A DNA stretch of 47,175 bases, from sequence record SRR22947727_2426; one strand, written 5' to 3'. Positions 37,858-47,058 of this stretch are shown here, piece by piece. A model generated the notes under the pieces. The model searched no databases, was not told the origin of the DNA, and saw only the letters and a list, made by a program, of their open reading frames with translations. Position 1 is the first letter of the stretch, and each line of letters starts with the position of its first letter. The position numbers and the translations under genes are program-made.

Positions 37858-40014
37858 ATGAGCGCAGATCCCAACTCTCCCAACAGAAATATGCCGCTGC
37901 AGTGCACGCGGAATATTGGGATAGCTGCGCACATCGATGCCGGGAAAACGACGCTGACTGAGCGAGTGCTCTTTTATACGGGCATGATTCACCGCATTGG
38001 TGAGGTTCATGACGGTCAGGCGACGACGGATTGGATGGAGCAGGAGCAGGAGCGTGGCATTACAATTACTTCGGCTGCTGTAACTTGTAACTGGAAGCAG
38101 CTTCCGGAAGATGGGGTTTATAAGAATTTCACCGCGAAGGATCAGCGGGTGAATATTATTGATACTCCCGGTCATGTTGATTTTACTGCTGAGGTTGAGC
38201 GCTCGCTTCGGGTGCTTGATGGCGCGGTGGTTGTCTTTTGTGGAGTGGCTGGTGTTCAGCCGCAATCCGAAACGGTCTGGCGCCAGGCGTCCCGTTACAA
38301 TGTTCCTCGAATTATCTTTGTTAATAAGATGGATCGCGTCGGAGCTGATTTTACGGCGGTTGTCGAAGATGTTCGGACTAAGCTCAAGGCAAATGCGTTT
38401 CCTGTGCTGATTCCGATCGGTGCTGAGGGTGATTTAAAGGGGCAGATTGATATCCTGAATCGCAAAGCGGTTATCTATTCTGATGACGATGTTTTTGGTT
38501 CTACTTATTCGGTTGAAGAGTTGGATGAGGCTCAATCTGCGATTGCTGATGCGGCGCATGCTGAGCTTCTTGATGCTCTCGTTGATGCTGATGAGGAGAT
38601 TGGCCTCAAGTTTCTCGAGGAGGAGGAGATTTCCGTTGCTGACATGAAGTTGGCGGTTCGTCGGTCGGTGATTGCGAATAAGTTGATCCCTGTGATCGGC
38701 GGTTCTGCGCTCGCTAACATCGGGGTTCAGTATCTAATTGATGCAGTGGTTGATTATCTTCCAAGTCCTCTCGAAACGGTTCCGGCTCAAGGTCATGCGC
38801 CAGGCTCTGAGGATGAGGTCATTGAGGTGGTTGCTGATGATAACGCGAAGTTTTGCGCGTTGGCATTCAAGCTTTGGTCGGACAAGTTTGGTAAGCAGGT
38901 TTTTATTCGGGTCTATTCCGGTTCTGTTTCCAAGGGTGATCAGGTTGTGAATCCCCGGACTGGGAAAAAAGAGCGGATTGGACGTTTGGTTCAGATTCAA
39001 TCGAACTCCCATACTGATATTGATACCTGTTACTCAGGTGATATTGCGGCGATTGTCGGGATGAAGAATGTTAAAACTGGTGACACGCTTTCTGTCCCCA
39101 GTTTTGATATTATGCTCGAGCCGCCGGCGTTTCCTGAGCCTGTTATCTCGATGGCGGTTGAGCCCCGGACGACGGCTGATCAGGAAAAGCTTTCAAGTGC
39201 GTTGGCTCGCCTTGCGGATGAGGATCCAACGTTTGTTGTCTCAGTTGATGAAGAGACTGGGCAAACGATCATCGCTGGAATGGGTGAGCTTCACTTGGAG
39301 ATTCTCCAGGAGCGAATGAAGCGTGAGCACGGAGTTCAAACTCGTGCGGGTAAGCCTCAGATTGCTTACCGCGAAACAATTTCGAAATCAGCTTCGGGTG
39401 ATTATAAATTGGAGAAGCAAACCGGTGGCAAGGGTCAATATGGTCATGTCATCCTGAGGATTTCTCCAAATAACCGAGGGAAAGGTTTTTCTGTCGAAGA
39501 CAAGGTTGTTGGCGGCGAGATTCCTAAAGAGTTTATCAAGCCGGTGCTTGCTGGTATTGAAGAAGCGATGAATACCGGAATTATTGCCGGGTATCCTGTA
39601 GTGGATGTTCATGTCGAGCTTCTTGGTGGCTCAAGTCACGATGTTGACTCGAATGAGCAAGCGTTCCGGATTGCTGCGATTTTGGCGGTTAAGGAAGCGT
39701 TCCGTGAAGCGGATTGCCGCTTGTTGGAGCCGATTATGTCAATGGAAGTGGATACGCCTGATGAATTTCAGGGAAGTGTTGTTGGTGATTTGAATCGCCG
39801 TCGTGCTCGTATCACTGAATTGGAGGCGAAAAACGAGCTGAGTGTCGTTCGTGCGGAAGTTCCGCTCGCAACGGTATCGGATGGTTACGCGACGGATTTG
39901 CGTAGTCTTTCCAGTGGTCGCGCTTCTTTCTCGATGACTCCATCACATTTTGAGGAGGTTCCTGAATCGGTGCTTGATAGCATTGTGGAGCGTCGAATGG
40001 GAGTTGCTGCGTAA
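37858..40014 (+). CDS. fusA: Elongation factor G
   Basis: [45 protein letters not shown]; str-operon position. Confidence 0.98.
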   Translation: MSADPNSPNRNMPLQCTRNIGIAAHIDAGKTTLTERVLFYTGMIHRIGEVHDGQATTDWMEQEQERGITITSAAVTCNWKQLPEDGVYKNFTAKDQRVNIIDTPGHVDFTAEVERSLRVLDGAVVVFCGVAGVQPQSETVWRQASRYNVPRIIFVNKMDRVGADFTAVVEDVRTKLKANAFPVLIPIGAEGDLKGQIDILNRKAVIYSDDDVFGSTYSVEELDEAQSAIADAAHAELLDALVDADEEIGLKFLEEEEISVADMKLAVRRSVIANKLIPVIGGSALANIGVQYLIDAVVDYLPSPLETVPAQGHAPGSEDEVIEVVADDNAKFCALAFKLWSDKFGKQVFIRVYSGSVSKGDQVVNPRTGKKERIGRLVQIQSNSHTDIDTCYSGDIAAIVGMKNVKTGDTLSVPSFDIMLEPPAFPEPVISMAVEPRTTADQEKLSSALARLADEDPTFVVSVDEETGQTIIAGMGELHLEILQERMKREHGVQTRAGKPQIAYRETISKSASGDYKLEKQTGGKGQYGHVILRISPNNRGKGFSVEDKVVGGEIPKEFIKPVLAGIEEAMNTGIIAGYPVVDVHVELLGGSSHDVDSNEQAFRIAAILAVKEAFREADCRLLEPIMSMEVDTPDEFQGSVVGDLNRRRARITELEAKNELSVVRAEVPLATVSDGYATDLRSLSSGRASFSMTPSHFEEVPESVLDSIVERRMGVAA

Positions 40015-40074
40015 GTGGTTGGCTTTCAAATTTTAAGAAAACAATTTTTAACGAATATTAACGAATAACGAATC

Positions 40075-40383
40075 ATGCAGGGACAAAGTATCAGAATTCG
40101 CCTCCGTGCCTACGATCATCGACTTCTCGACAAGTCGACGGAAGATATCGTAGAGACTGCAAAACGTACGGGTGCAATGGTCGCTGGACCAATCCCGTTG
40201 CCGACTCGTATCGAGAAGTTTTCGGTTAACCGTTCTCCGCACGTAAACAAGAAATCTGCTGAGCAGTTCGAGATTCGGACTCACAAGCGTCTTCTTGATA
40301 TCGTGAACCCAACAGCATCGACTGTTGATGAATTGAAGAAGCTTAATCTCCCTGCTGGTGTGGACATCACCATCAAGATCTAG
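40075..40383 (+). CDS. rpsJ: 30S ribosomal protein S10
   Basis: [35 protein letters not shown]. Confidence 0.99.
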   Translation: MQGQSIRIRLRAYDHRLLDKSTEDIVETAKRTGAMVAGPIPLPTRIEKFSVNRSPHVNKKSAEQFEIRTHKRLLDIVNPTASTVDELKKLNLPAGVDITIKI

Positions 40384-40427
40384 TTTTCGCCCTTCGCATT
40401 TTTTCTAAAAACGAAAACAATTTTGCT

Positions 40428-41132
40428 ATGAGTATTGGATTGATCGGTAAAAAACTCGGAATGACCCGCTTCTTTGATGAAGACGGTGTCTCCATTCCTG
40501 TGACCGTGATCGACGTTAGTGACAATATTTTCCTCCAGAAACGCACAGAGGAAAATGACGGCTACACAGCTGTTCAAGTCGCTTTCGATGATCAAAAGGA
40601 TTCACGTTTAAATATGTCGAAGCTGGGCCACGCGAAAGCGCACGGCGGAAAAGCTAAGCGAGTCATCAAGGAATTTCGCCTCGAAGAAGGTGAGGAGCTT
40701 CCTGAGATTGATCACCCGGGAATGTCTCTTTTCGAAGAGGGGCAATTCGTTGATGTGATTGGCACGACTAAGGGTAAAGGTTTCCAGGGGGTTATGAAGC
40801 GTTATAATTTCCACGGTCAGCCTGCGGCTCACGGTCACATGATGCACCGTCGAACAGGTGGTATTGGTGCAGGAACGGATCCTGGTCGTGTTTGGAAAAA
40901 CAAGGCTATGCCAGGTCGTCACGGTAGTTACCGTAAGACGGTTCAGAATTTGAAGGTGATTAAGCTTCGTGATGAGGATGATGTGATCCTGATCAGTGGT
41001 GCAATCCCCGGTGCAAAAGGTGGGTACGTTGTGATTCGCCCGGCAGTCAAAAAGGCACTCGCTCCTCAGGATTTGTCCAAGAGCGCTGCACCTGCGAAAG
41101 AGGCGTCCTCTGATGAGGCTGCGTCCGAATAA
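40428..41132 (+). CDS. rplC: 50S ribosomal protein L3
   Basis: GKKLGMT, DGYTAVQ, KGKGFQGVMKR, PGRVWK. Confidence 0.98.
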   Translation: MSIGLIGKKLGMTRFFDEDGVSIPVTVIDVSDNIFLQKRTEENDGYTAVQVAFDDQKDSRLNMSKLGHAKAHGGKAKRVIKEFRLEEGEELPEIDHPGMSLFEEGQFVDVIGTTKGKGFQGVMKRYNFHGQPAAHGHMMHRRTGGIGAGTDPGRVWKNKAMPGRHGSYRKTVQNLKVIKLRDEDDVILISGAIPGAKGGYVVIRPAVKKALAPQDLSKSAAPAKEASSDEAASE

Positions 41133-41179
41133 AAGAATAGAAATTGAAGGAATTTTTCAACTGAAACCAGTTTAAGATT

Positions 41180-41803
41180 ATGGCTGCAACAGCTTTAACA
41201 ACAGAAGCGGCAAAAAGCGCTAATATCGGAATTATCGAAGAGAGCTATCGTGGCCGTCAGGCTGTTCACGACGTTGTCGTGGCGATGCGATCCAACCGCC
41301 GTTCAGGCACTGCTCACGTTAAGACGCGTGCTGAAGTGTCAGGCACCGGTAAGAAGCCGTTTCGCCAGAAGGGCACTGGACGTGCTCGTCAGGGTGGTAA
41401 CCGTCCTCCGATTCATGTTGGTGGTGGTGTCGCTTTTGGTCCTCGCAATACGCGGAACTATAAAAAGGATGTTACCAAGTCAACTCGTCGCCTTGCTTTC
41501 TCGAAAGCGCTTAGCGAGCGGATCTCTGATGGCGATGTTCTTACTATTAGTAGCTTTGCGGTCAGTGACGGAAAAACGAAGTCTTTCGCCAAAGAGGTTG
41601 GTGGCTTGGTTGATGATGTGAAGAAAGTTCTCATCGTTAGCAGTTCATTCGATGAAGAGACAAAGCGCGCTGGGCGTAACTTCCAGTCGGTTTTGCTGAT
41701 GTCAGCAGCCGAGGTTAACACGGAGCAAATTCTCCATCACAACACAATTATTCTCGTAGAAGATGCGATGGAGACGCTTGCGTCTCGGACCGTCGAGAAC
41801 TGA
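41180..41803 (+). CDS. rplD: 50S ribosomal protein L4
   Basis: KTRAEVSG, KPFRQKGTGRARQG, GGGVAFGP. Confidence 0.98.
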   Translation: MAATALTTEAAKSANIGIIEESYRGRQAVHDVVVAMRSNRRSGTAHVKTRAEVSGTGKKPFRQKGTGRARQGGNRPPIHVGGGVAFGPRNTRNYKKDVTKSTRRLAFSKALSERISDGDVLTISSFAVSDGKTKSFAKEVGGLVDDVKKVLIVSSSFDEETKRAGRNFQSVLLMSAAEVNTEQILHHNTIILVEDAMETLASRTVEN

Positions 41804-41834
41804 TATTTTTACCGAATTTTCAAACGGATTAGTT

Positions 41835-42119
41835 ATGAAAGACTTATTTCAGGTGATTGACACCATTCAGCTTAGCGAAAAGGCAACGATTCTCACGGAA
41901 ACAGAAAATGTTTACGTGTTTAAAGTTGATCAACGCGCGAACAAGTTGGAGATTAGACAAGCCGTCGAGAAATTGTTCTCGAAAAAGGTTACTGCTGTGA
42001 GAACAGCTAATTATCAGGGCAAGAAGAAGCGCGAGCGTCGCGCTGATTTTGGTCGCACTAAAAAGTGGAAGAAGGCTTTTGTGAAGCTTGCTGAAGGCGA
42101 AACTATTGAATTCGTATAA
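41835..42119 (+). CDS. rplW: 50S ribosomal protein L23
   Basis: ATG 41835; SEKA, ANKLEIRQAVEKLF, WKKAFVKL. Confidence 0.97.
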   Translation: MKDLFQVIDTIQLSEKATILTETENVYVFKVDQRANKLEIRQAVEKLFSKKVTAVRTANYQGKKKRERRADFGRTKKWKKAFVKLAEGETIEFV

Positions 42120-42163
42120 TTTCGAATCAATCGAACTAAATATTTTTAAACCGGGTCAGAACG

Positions 42164-43012
42164 ATGCCACTTAAAACCTACAAACCATTTACTCCGTCGA
42201 GCCGCTATAAGGTGCTGCCCGACTTCGCTGAGATCACGAAGACAACTCCTGAGAAGAGTCTTTGTCGTCCATTGAAAAAGTCCGGAGGACGTAATAATCG
42301 AGGACGTATCACGTGTCGCCACCGTGGTGGTGGTCACAAGCGGAAGTATCGCATGATCGACTTCAGGCGGAATCGTCGTGACGAAGCGGCGAAGGTGCTT
42401 TCAATTGAGTATGATCCAAACCGCACGGCGCGGATCGCGCTGATCGAATACGGCGACGGACAGAAGTCTTACATCATTGCTCCACGTGGGCTAGAGGTTG
42501 GTGCTTCTGTGATGTCCGGAGAGAATGCTCCAATCAAGCCGGGTAACGCGCTTCCAATTTCTGCGATTCCAACAGGATCAGACATCCACTGTGTGGAGCT
42601 TATTCCTGGTCGTGGTGCACAAGTTGCGCGAAGCGCTGGTCAGGCCTGCGTTCTTTCTAACCGTGAGAAAGGCTATGGACTTGTGAAGATGCCATCGGGT
42701 GAGATTCGCAAGATCAATGAAAAGTGCTATGCCGTCATGGGTGAAGTGGGTAACCGCGATCACATGAATATTGTCAGCGCGAAGGCTGGCCGGACTCGTT
42801 GGCTGGGAATTCGGCCTTCCGTTCGCGGAATGTGTATGAACCCGGTTGATCACCCAAATGGCGGTGGTGAAGGTAAGTCGAAATCAGGTGGTGGTCGCCA
42901 GCATTTGTCGTCGCCTTGGGGTCACGTTAAGGGGCAAAAGACTCGCCAGAAGCACAAGCCGAGCGATAAGTTTATTATCGAGCGCCGGAAGAGTAAGAAA
43001 CGCCGCCGTTAA
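42164..43012 (+). CDS. rplB: 50S ribosomal protein L2
   Basis: [34 protein letters not shown]. Confidence 0.99.
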   Translation: MPLKTYKPFTPSSRYKVLPDFAEITKTTPEKSLCRPLKKSGGRNNRGRITCRHRGGGHKRKYRMIDFRRNRRDEAAKVLSIEYDPNRTARIALIEYGDGQKSYIIAPRGLEVGASVMSGENAPIKPGNALPISAIPTGSDIHCVELIPGRGAQVARSAGQACVLSNREKGYGLVKMPSGEIRKINEKCYAVMGEVGNRDHMNIVSAKAGRTRWLGIRPSVRGMCMNPVDHPNGGGEGKSKSGGGRQHLSSPWGHVKGQKTRQKHKPSDKFIIERRKSKKRRR

Positions 43013-43050
43013 TTGGTGATCACTTTGTATAATTCAAAACGTATTTAAAA

Positions 43051-43323
43051 ATGGGACGCTCACTCAAAAAAGGACCTTTTGTCGATCAGAAGCTTTTGAT
43101 CAAGATCGACGCAATGAATGACTCGGGTCAAAAACGCCCGATCAAAACCTGGTCACGTCGCTCAATGGTGACTCCGGATTTTGTTGGTCACACCTTCCTC
43201 GTTCACAACGGCAAAGATTTTCTTTCCGTGTTCGTGACTGAGAACATGGTTGGCCACAAGCTCGGTGAATTTTCTCCAACTAAGAAAACTTCCCCTCACC
43301 AAGGGCAAGGTGCTAAACGATAA
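43051..43323 (+). CDS. rpsS: 30S ribosomal protein S19
   Basis: [26 protein letters not shown]. Confidence 0.99.
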   Translation: MGRSLKKGPFVDQKLLIKIDAMNDSGQKRPIKTWSRRSMVTPDFVGHTFLVHNGKDFLSVFVTENMVGHKLGEFSPTKKTSPHQGQGAKR

Positions 43324-43376
43324 TTTTACGAAGCAATAGGGTTGGTTCATTGAACGGACCCTATTGATTCGAAAAA
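43324..43376. repeat. Dispersed bipartite element, copy F1 (inverted arrangement), abutting the rpsS stop codon
   Basis: ttttac-GAAG caatagggttg GTTC-att-GAAC ggaccctattg ATTC-gaaaaa. Confidence 0.92.
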
Positions 43377-43377
43377 C

Positions 43378-43430
43378 AAAAACGAAATGACCCTGTTGAA
43401 TCGACAGACTAACCCTATTGGCTCGTTCGC
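43378..43430. repeat. Dispersed bipartite element, copy F2 (direct arrangement), overlapping the start of the inserted gene
   Basis: aaaaac-GAAA tgaccctgttg AATC-gac-AGAC taaccctattg GCTC-gttcgc; 54 bp downstream of F1; contains ATG 43387. Confidence 0.8.
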
Positions 43431-44271
43431 CGCGATTGTGATCGCGGTGCTCGGCGGGGTGTGTGCTGTTGACTCGAAGGGCCAAGCGTTTTTGGGAAGT
43501 GATCCAATAGAAGTGAGTCCGAAGGTTTTGGCAGACGATGCCATCACCGTTCCCAGGGAGCCGCAGTTGGTTGCAGATTCAATCGAGTTGGCCGAGACGA
43601 AGGCTGCTCTTGAAGCACTTCAAAAACAAGTGGAGCGAGAGCGGGATAAGGCGAAAGCCGCCGAAGCTAAGGTTCGAACGCTTTCTGAGAGTTTGGCCGA
43701 AGCGAACCGGGTCCGCGAAGAGCAGACCAAGGCGCATAACGAACTTCAATTAAAAATGCAGGCTTTTGGAGTGGATCTGCTCAATGCGGATCCCAAGAGT
43801 CTGGAGAGTCGGTTGTTGAAAGCGGTTCGTGAAATCGATCAGCTCCGCCAATCAAATCAATCTCTGGGAGGTGAAGTCACCTCTTTAAGTGAAGTTCTTT
43901 TTCATTATTTACAGGCCGTTCCAGAAGCTGATTCTGAAGCTCGGAAAATGGCTGAAACGGCTCTGAAGCAAGCCAACGCTGCGTTGGGGCTCAGTGCCGG
44001 ACCTGAAATCAAGGTTGCAAAGAAAATTTCTGACGCGAAAGTTGTCAGCATTGACCCGGAAGTTGGCTTGCTTGTTGTCAATGTTGGGCGTATAAGCGGC
44101 GCTCGCATTGGCATGCCGCTCGAGGTGGTGCAGACAAATCGGCCGATTGGCTCGGCGATTGTGGTTGATGTGCGAGATTCAATTTGTGGGGCGGTATTGC
44201 AAGATGTCTACATGGCAGGAGCTGATGTAAAAGTCGGGGATGCAATTCGCCTCAAGCCTGATGAAGGTTAG
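43387..44271 (+). CDS. Non-ribosomal exported coiled-coil protein with C-terminal beta domain, within the S10 operon
   Basis: 294-aa ORF; hydrophobic N-terminal segment, long coiled coil, C-terminal VVSID...VVNVG...G-x-x-x-G...VVDVR beta-strand pattern. Confidence 0.8.
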   Translation: MTLLNRQTNPIGSFAAIVIAVLGGVCAVDSKGQAFLGSDPIEVSPKVLADDAITVPREPQLVADSIELAETKAALEALQKQVERERDKAKAAEAKVRTLSESLAEANRVREEQTKAHNELQLKMQAFGVDLLNADPKSLESRLLKAVREIDQLRQSNQSLGGEVTSLSEVLFHYLQAVPEADSEARKMAETALKQANAALGLSAGPEIKVAKKISDAKVVSIDPEVGLLVVNVGRISGARIGMPLEVVQTNRPIGSAIVVDVRDSICGAVLQDVYMAGADVKVGDAIRLKPDEG

Positions 44272-44319
44272 TAACACACTTTAATTTTAATTTTTTTATA
44301 ATAATAAAACACTGAGGAC

Positions 44320-44706
44320 ATGGACGTGACTTCGACATACAAATTCGCTCGGGTTTCCGCAAGGAAGGCGCGCGATGTTACTCGTGAAATTCAAGGGCTT
44401 CCAGTTTCTGATGCTCTGGATATTTTGAATTTTACGCCTCGTAAATCTGCTTTTCTTATCGGTAAGACGATGAAGGCAGCTCTTGCTGATGCGGAGAATA
44501 ATTTTGAGCTTCCTTTGGATGGTCTCTTTGTGAAAGAGGCGACTATTGGTGAAGGTCCAACTTTCAAGCGTTTTAAGCCTCGTGCTCGTGGTTCGGCATC
44601 TCCGATTCGCAAGCGAACCAGTCATATTCGTATCGTTCTTTCTGATGATGCTCCAGCTGAAGCCAAAGAAGGCAAGAAGCACGTGAGTCCTGAAAAGGCG
44701 AAGTAA
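44320..44706 (+). CDS. rplV: 50S ribosomal protein L22
   Basis: RVSARKAR, KRFKPRARG, KRTSHI. Confidence 0.98.
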   Translation: MDVTSTYKFARVSARKARDVTREIQGLPVSDALDILNFTPRKSAFLIGKTMKAALADAENNFELPLDGLFVKEATIGEGPTFKRFKPRARGSASPIRKRTSHIRIVLSDDAPAEAKEGKKHVSPEKAK

Positions 44707-44742
44707 GTATTTTATTTTAAGACACCGAAATAATTTTTAGAT

Positions 44743-45552
44743 ATGGGACAAAAAGTTCATCCGATCGGATTTCGCCTCGCAGTCACCAAGGACTGGCGCT
44801 CGAAGTGGTATGCACCACCAGAAGAGTATGCGGACCAACTGCACTGCGACCTTAAGATTCGCGATTTTTTGAAGAATCGTCTTCAAAAGGGTGCTGTTTC
44901 CAAGGTATTGATCGAGCGCGCTTGGAATAGCGTTCGGGTTACTCTCCACACATCGCGTCCCGGTTTGATTATCGGTAAGCGTGGTGCTGAGATTGAGGGC
45001 ATGACGAACGTCATCTCGAAGATGTGTGCGGGTGCTCAAGTCAAAATTGACATTTTTGAAATTAAGCAGCCTGAGACAGATGCCCAGTGGGTTGCTGAGC
45101 AGGTTGCGACTCAGCTTGAGCGTCGGATTTCTTTCCGTCGTGCGATGAAGCGGACGATTCAGACGGCTATCGACTTCGGTGCGAATGGAATTCGTATTCG
45201 TTGTGCGGGTCGTCTTGGTGGAGCTGATATTGCTCGTGCTGAGCAGTATCGCGAGGGTAAGGTGCCGCTTCAAACGCTGCGTGTGCCAATTGATTACGGT
45301 TTTGCTGAAGCTGAAACGACATGGGGAATTATTGGGGTTAAGACCTGGATTACTCACGACGAAGAGAAGGCTAAGGAAGCTAAGGCTCGCGGAGCGGGTA
45401 GTGATCGTCGTGGCGGAGGTCGTGGTCGCGGTGGACCTGGCGGCGGCGGAGGTCGTGGTCGCGGTGGGCCTGGCGGTGGTCGCGGTGGGCCCGGTGGTGG
45501 TCGCGGTCGCGGCGGACCTGGTGGTGGCGGCGGAGGAGGACCTCGGCGCTGA
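44743..45552 (+). CDS. rpsC: 30S ribosomal protein S3 with RGG-rich C-terminal tail
   Basis: MGQKVHPIGFRL, RPGLIIGKRG, GRLGGADIARAE, VPLQTLR. Confidence 0.99.
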   Translation: MGQKVHPIGFRLAVTKDWRSKWYAPPEEYADQLHCDLKIRDFLKNRLQKGAVSKVLIERAWNSVRVTLHTSRPGLIIGKRGAEIEGMTNVISKMCAGAQVKIDIFEIKQPETDAQWVAEQVATQLERRISFRRAMKRTIQTAIDFGANGIRIRCAGRLGGADIARAEQYREGKVPLQTLRVPIDYGFAEAETTWGIIGVKTWITHDEEKAKEAKARGAGSDRRGGGRGRGGPGGGGGRGRGGPGGGRGGPGGGRGRGGPGGGGGGGPRR

Positions 45553-45605
45553 TTTCGATTTTAAGTAAGTAAATAAATTTTAATAAAGACGAAAGGGTTT
45601 GAATT

Positions 45606-46019
45606 ATGCCTTTGATGCCTAAAAGAGTTAAGTTTCGTAAGAGCCACCGCGGGAGTCGCGCTGGTAATGCGAAAGGTGGAACCAAAGTTAGTTTTGGTGA
45701 ATTCGGTCTTCAGTGCCTTGGGCGCGGATGGATTACGAATCGCCAGATTGAAGCTTGCCGTATTTCAATTAATCGTTACCTCAAGCGTAAGGGGAAGGTT
45801 TGGATTCGAATCTTTCCTCACAAGCCGATTACAAAGCGTCCTCCTGAAACTCGAATGGGTAAAGGTAAGGGTCCTGTTGAGGCCTGGGTTGCCGTGGTTC
45901 GTCCAGGAAACGTTCTTTTTGAAGTGGGTGGCGTTCCTGAGACGCAGGCCAAGGAGGCGTTGCGCCTTGCTTCTAATAAACTTGCGGTGAAGTGCCGTTT
46001 TATTACCCGTCAGGGGTAG
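45606..46019 (+). CDS. rplP: 50S ribosomal protein L16
   Basis: [22 protein letters not shown]. Confidence 0.99.
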   Translation: MPLMPKRVKFRKSHRGSRAGNAKGGTKVSFGEFGLQCLGRGWITNRQIEACRISINRYLKRKGKVWIRIFPHKPITKRPPETRMGKGKGPVEAWVAVVRPGNVLFEVGGVPETQAKEALRLASNKLAVKCRFITRQG

Positions 46020-46057
46020 TTGGGAATTTGTTTAATTAACCGAACACCATCAGAGTC

Positions 46058-46276
46058 ATGGCGAATATTGTAACAGAACTACGTGAACTTAGTAATGGGG
46101 AATTGGCGACTCGTCGTCGTGATCTCAAAGAAGAGTCGCTTAATTTGCGGGTCCAGCGTGAGTTGGGTCAGCTTGAAAACCCGGCTCAAATCCGGAAAAA
46201 TCGCCGCGAAGTGGCAGTAATTGAAACGTTGCTCTCAGAGCGCCGTTTGCAGGTGGTTTCTGAATCAGCTGAATAA
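46058..46276 (+). CDS. rpmC: 50S ribosomal protein L29
   Basis: ELRELS, NLR...GQLENP, position between rplP and rpsQ. Confidence 0.95.
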   Translation: MANIVTELRELSNGELATRRRDLKEESLNLRVQRELGQLENPAQIRKNRREVAVIETLLSERRLQVVSESAE

Positions 46277-46305
46277 TTTTTGAATTTTAGAACGAACGTA
46301 AAACG

Positions 46306-46593
46306 ATGAGCGAAACTGTTGATCAGAATGCTGCCGAAGAGGGCAAGACTCAAGGATTGCGCAAGACCCGTGTGGGTGTTGTGACTTCCGACAAGATGGA
46401 TAAGACGATTGTCGTCGAAGTTGTCCGTCGTGTGCCTCACCCGCGATTTAAGAAAATTGTGAAACTGACTACCAAGATGTTTGTTCATGATGAGAAGGAT
46501 GAGGGCGCGATCGGTGATCGTGTTCTAATCAAGGAGTGCCGTCCGCTGAGCAAGAAAAAGCGGTGGCAGTTGGAGGAAGTGCTTGCGCACTGA
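46306..46593 (+). CDS. rpsQ: 30S ribosomal protein S17
   Basis: GVVTSDKMDKTIVV, HDE, ECRPLSK. Confidence 0.98.
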   Translation: MSETVDQNAAEEGKTQGLRKTRVGVVTSDKMDKTIVVEVVRRVPHPRFKKIVKLTTKMFVHDEKDEGAIGDRVLIKECRPLSKKKRWQLEEVLAH

Positions 46594-46642
46594 TTGTCCA
46601 GTAAACGTAAACGAAGAAAACTTTTAACGAATTTTTGGTGCT

Positions 46643-47008
46643 ATGATCCAGATGGAATCCAAAGTGCAGGTGGCTGACAACACGGGAGCTCGTGTCGCCA
46701 AGATGATTGGCGTAATTGGCACGCGCTCAAAGTCAGCCGGAGTTGGTGATATTATCACTGCTCACATCCGTGAGGCAATCCCCACGGCAAGTGTGAAAAA
46801 AGGAGAAGTGGTTCGGGCTGTTGTGGTTCGGACTGCAGCTCCGGTTCGCCGAGCTGATGGGTCAGTGTTGCGTTTCGATCGAAATGCAATCGTGATTCTC
46901 GATGCCAATCAAAATCCTCGCGGAACTCGTATTTTTGGGCCGGTGGCTCGTGAGTTGCGTGAAAAGAACTTTATGAAAATTGTTTCTCTCGCACCAGAGG
47001 TGCTTTAA
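46643..47008 (+). CDS. rplN: 50S ribosomal protein L14
   Basis: [32 protein letters not shown]. Confidence 0.99.
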   Translation: MIQMESKVQVADNTGARVAKMIGVIGTRSKSAGVGDIITAHIREAIPTASVKKGEVVRAVVVRTAAPVRRADGSVLRFDRNAIVILDANQNPRGTRIFGPVARELREKNFMKIVSLAPEVL

Positions 47009-47058
47009 GGAATCGGACGAGACTGCAATTTTTTTGAAACGAGCAATCACAGAAAGCG

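Noticed and set aside
43270-43323. Frameshift in the rpsS 3' end caused by the adjacent element
   Set aside because: The tail PTKKTSPH is divergent but keeps the conserved His in register with PTRxxxGH, and the length (90 aa) is normal.
5565-43430. Dispersed element as a CRISPR array, integron attC or IS/MITE ends
   Set aside because: No repeat-spacer array, no cas, integrase or transposase gene, no cassette-like gene boundaries, no target-site duplications seen; at least one copy sits in a gene without an apparent indel.
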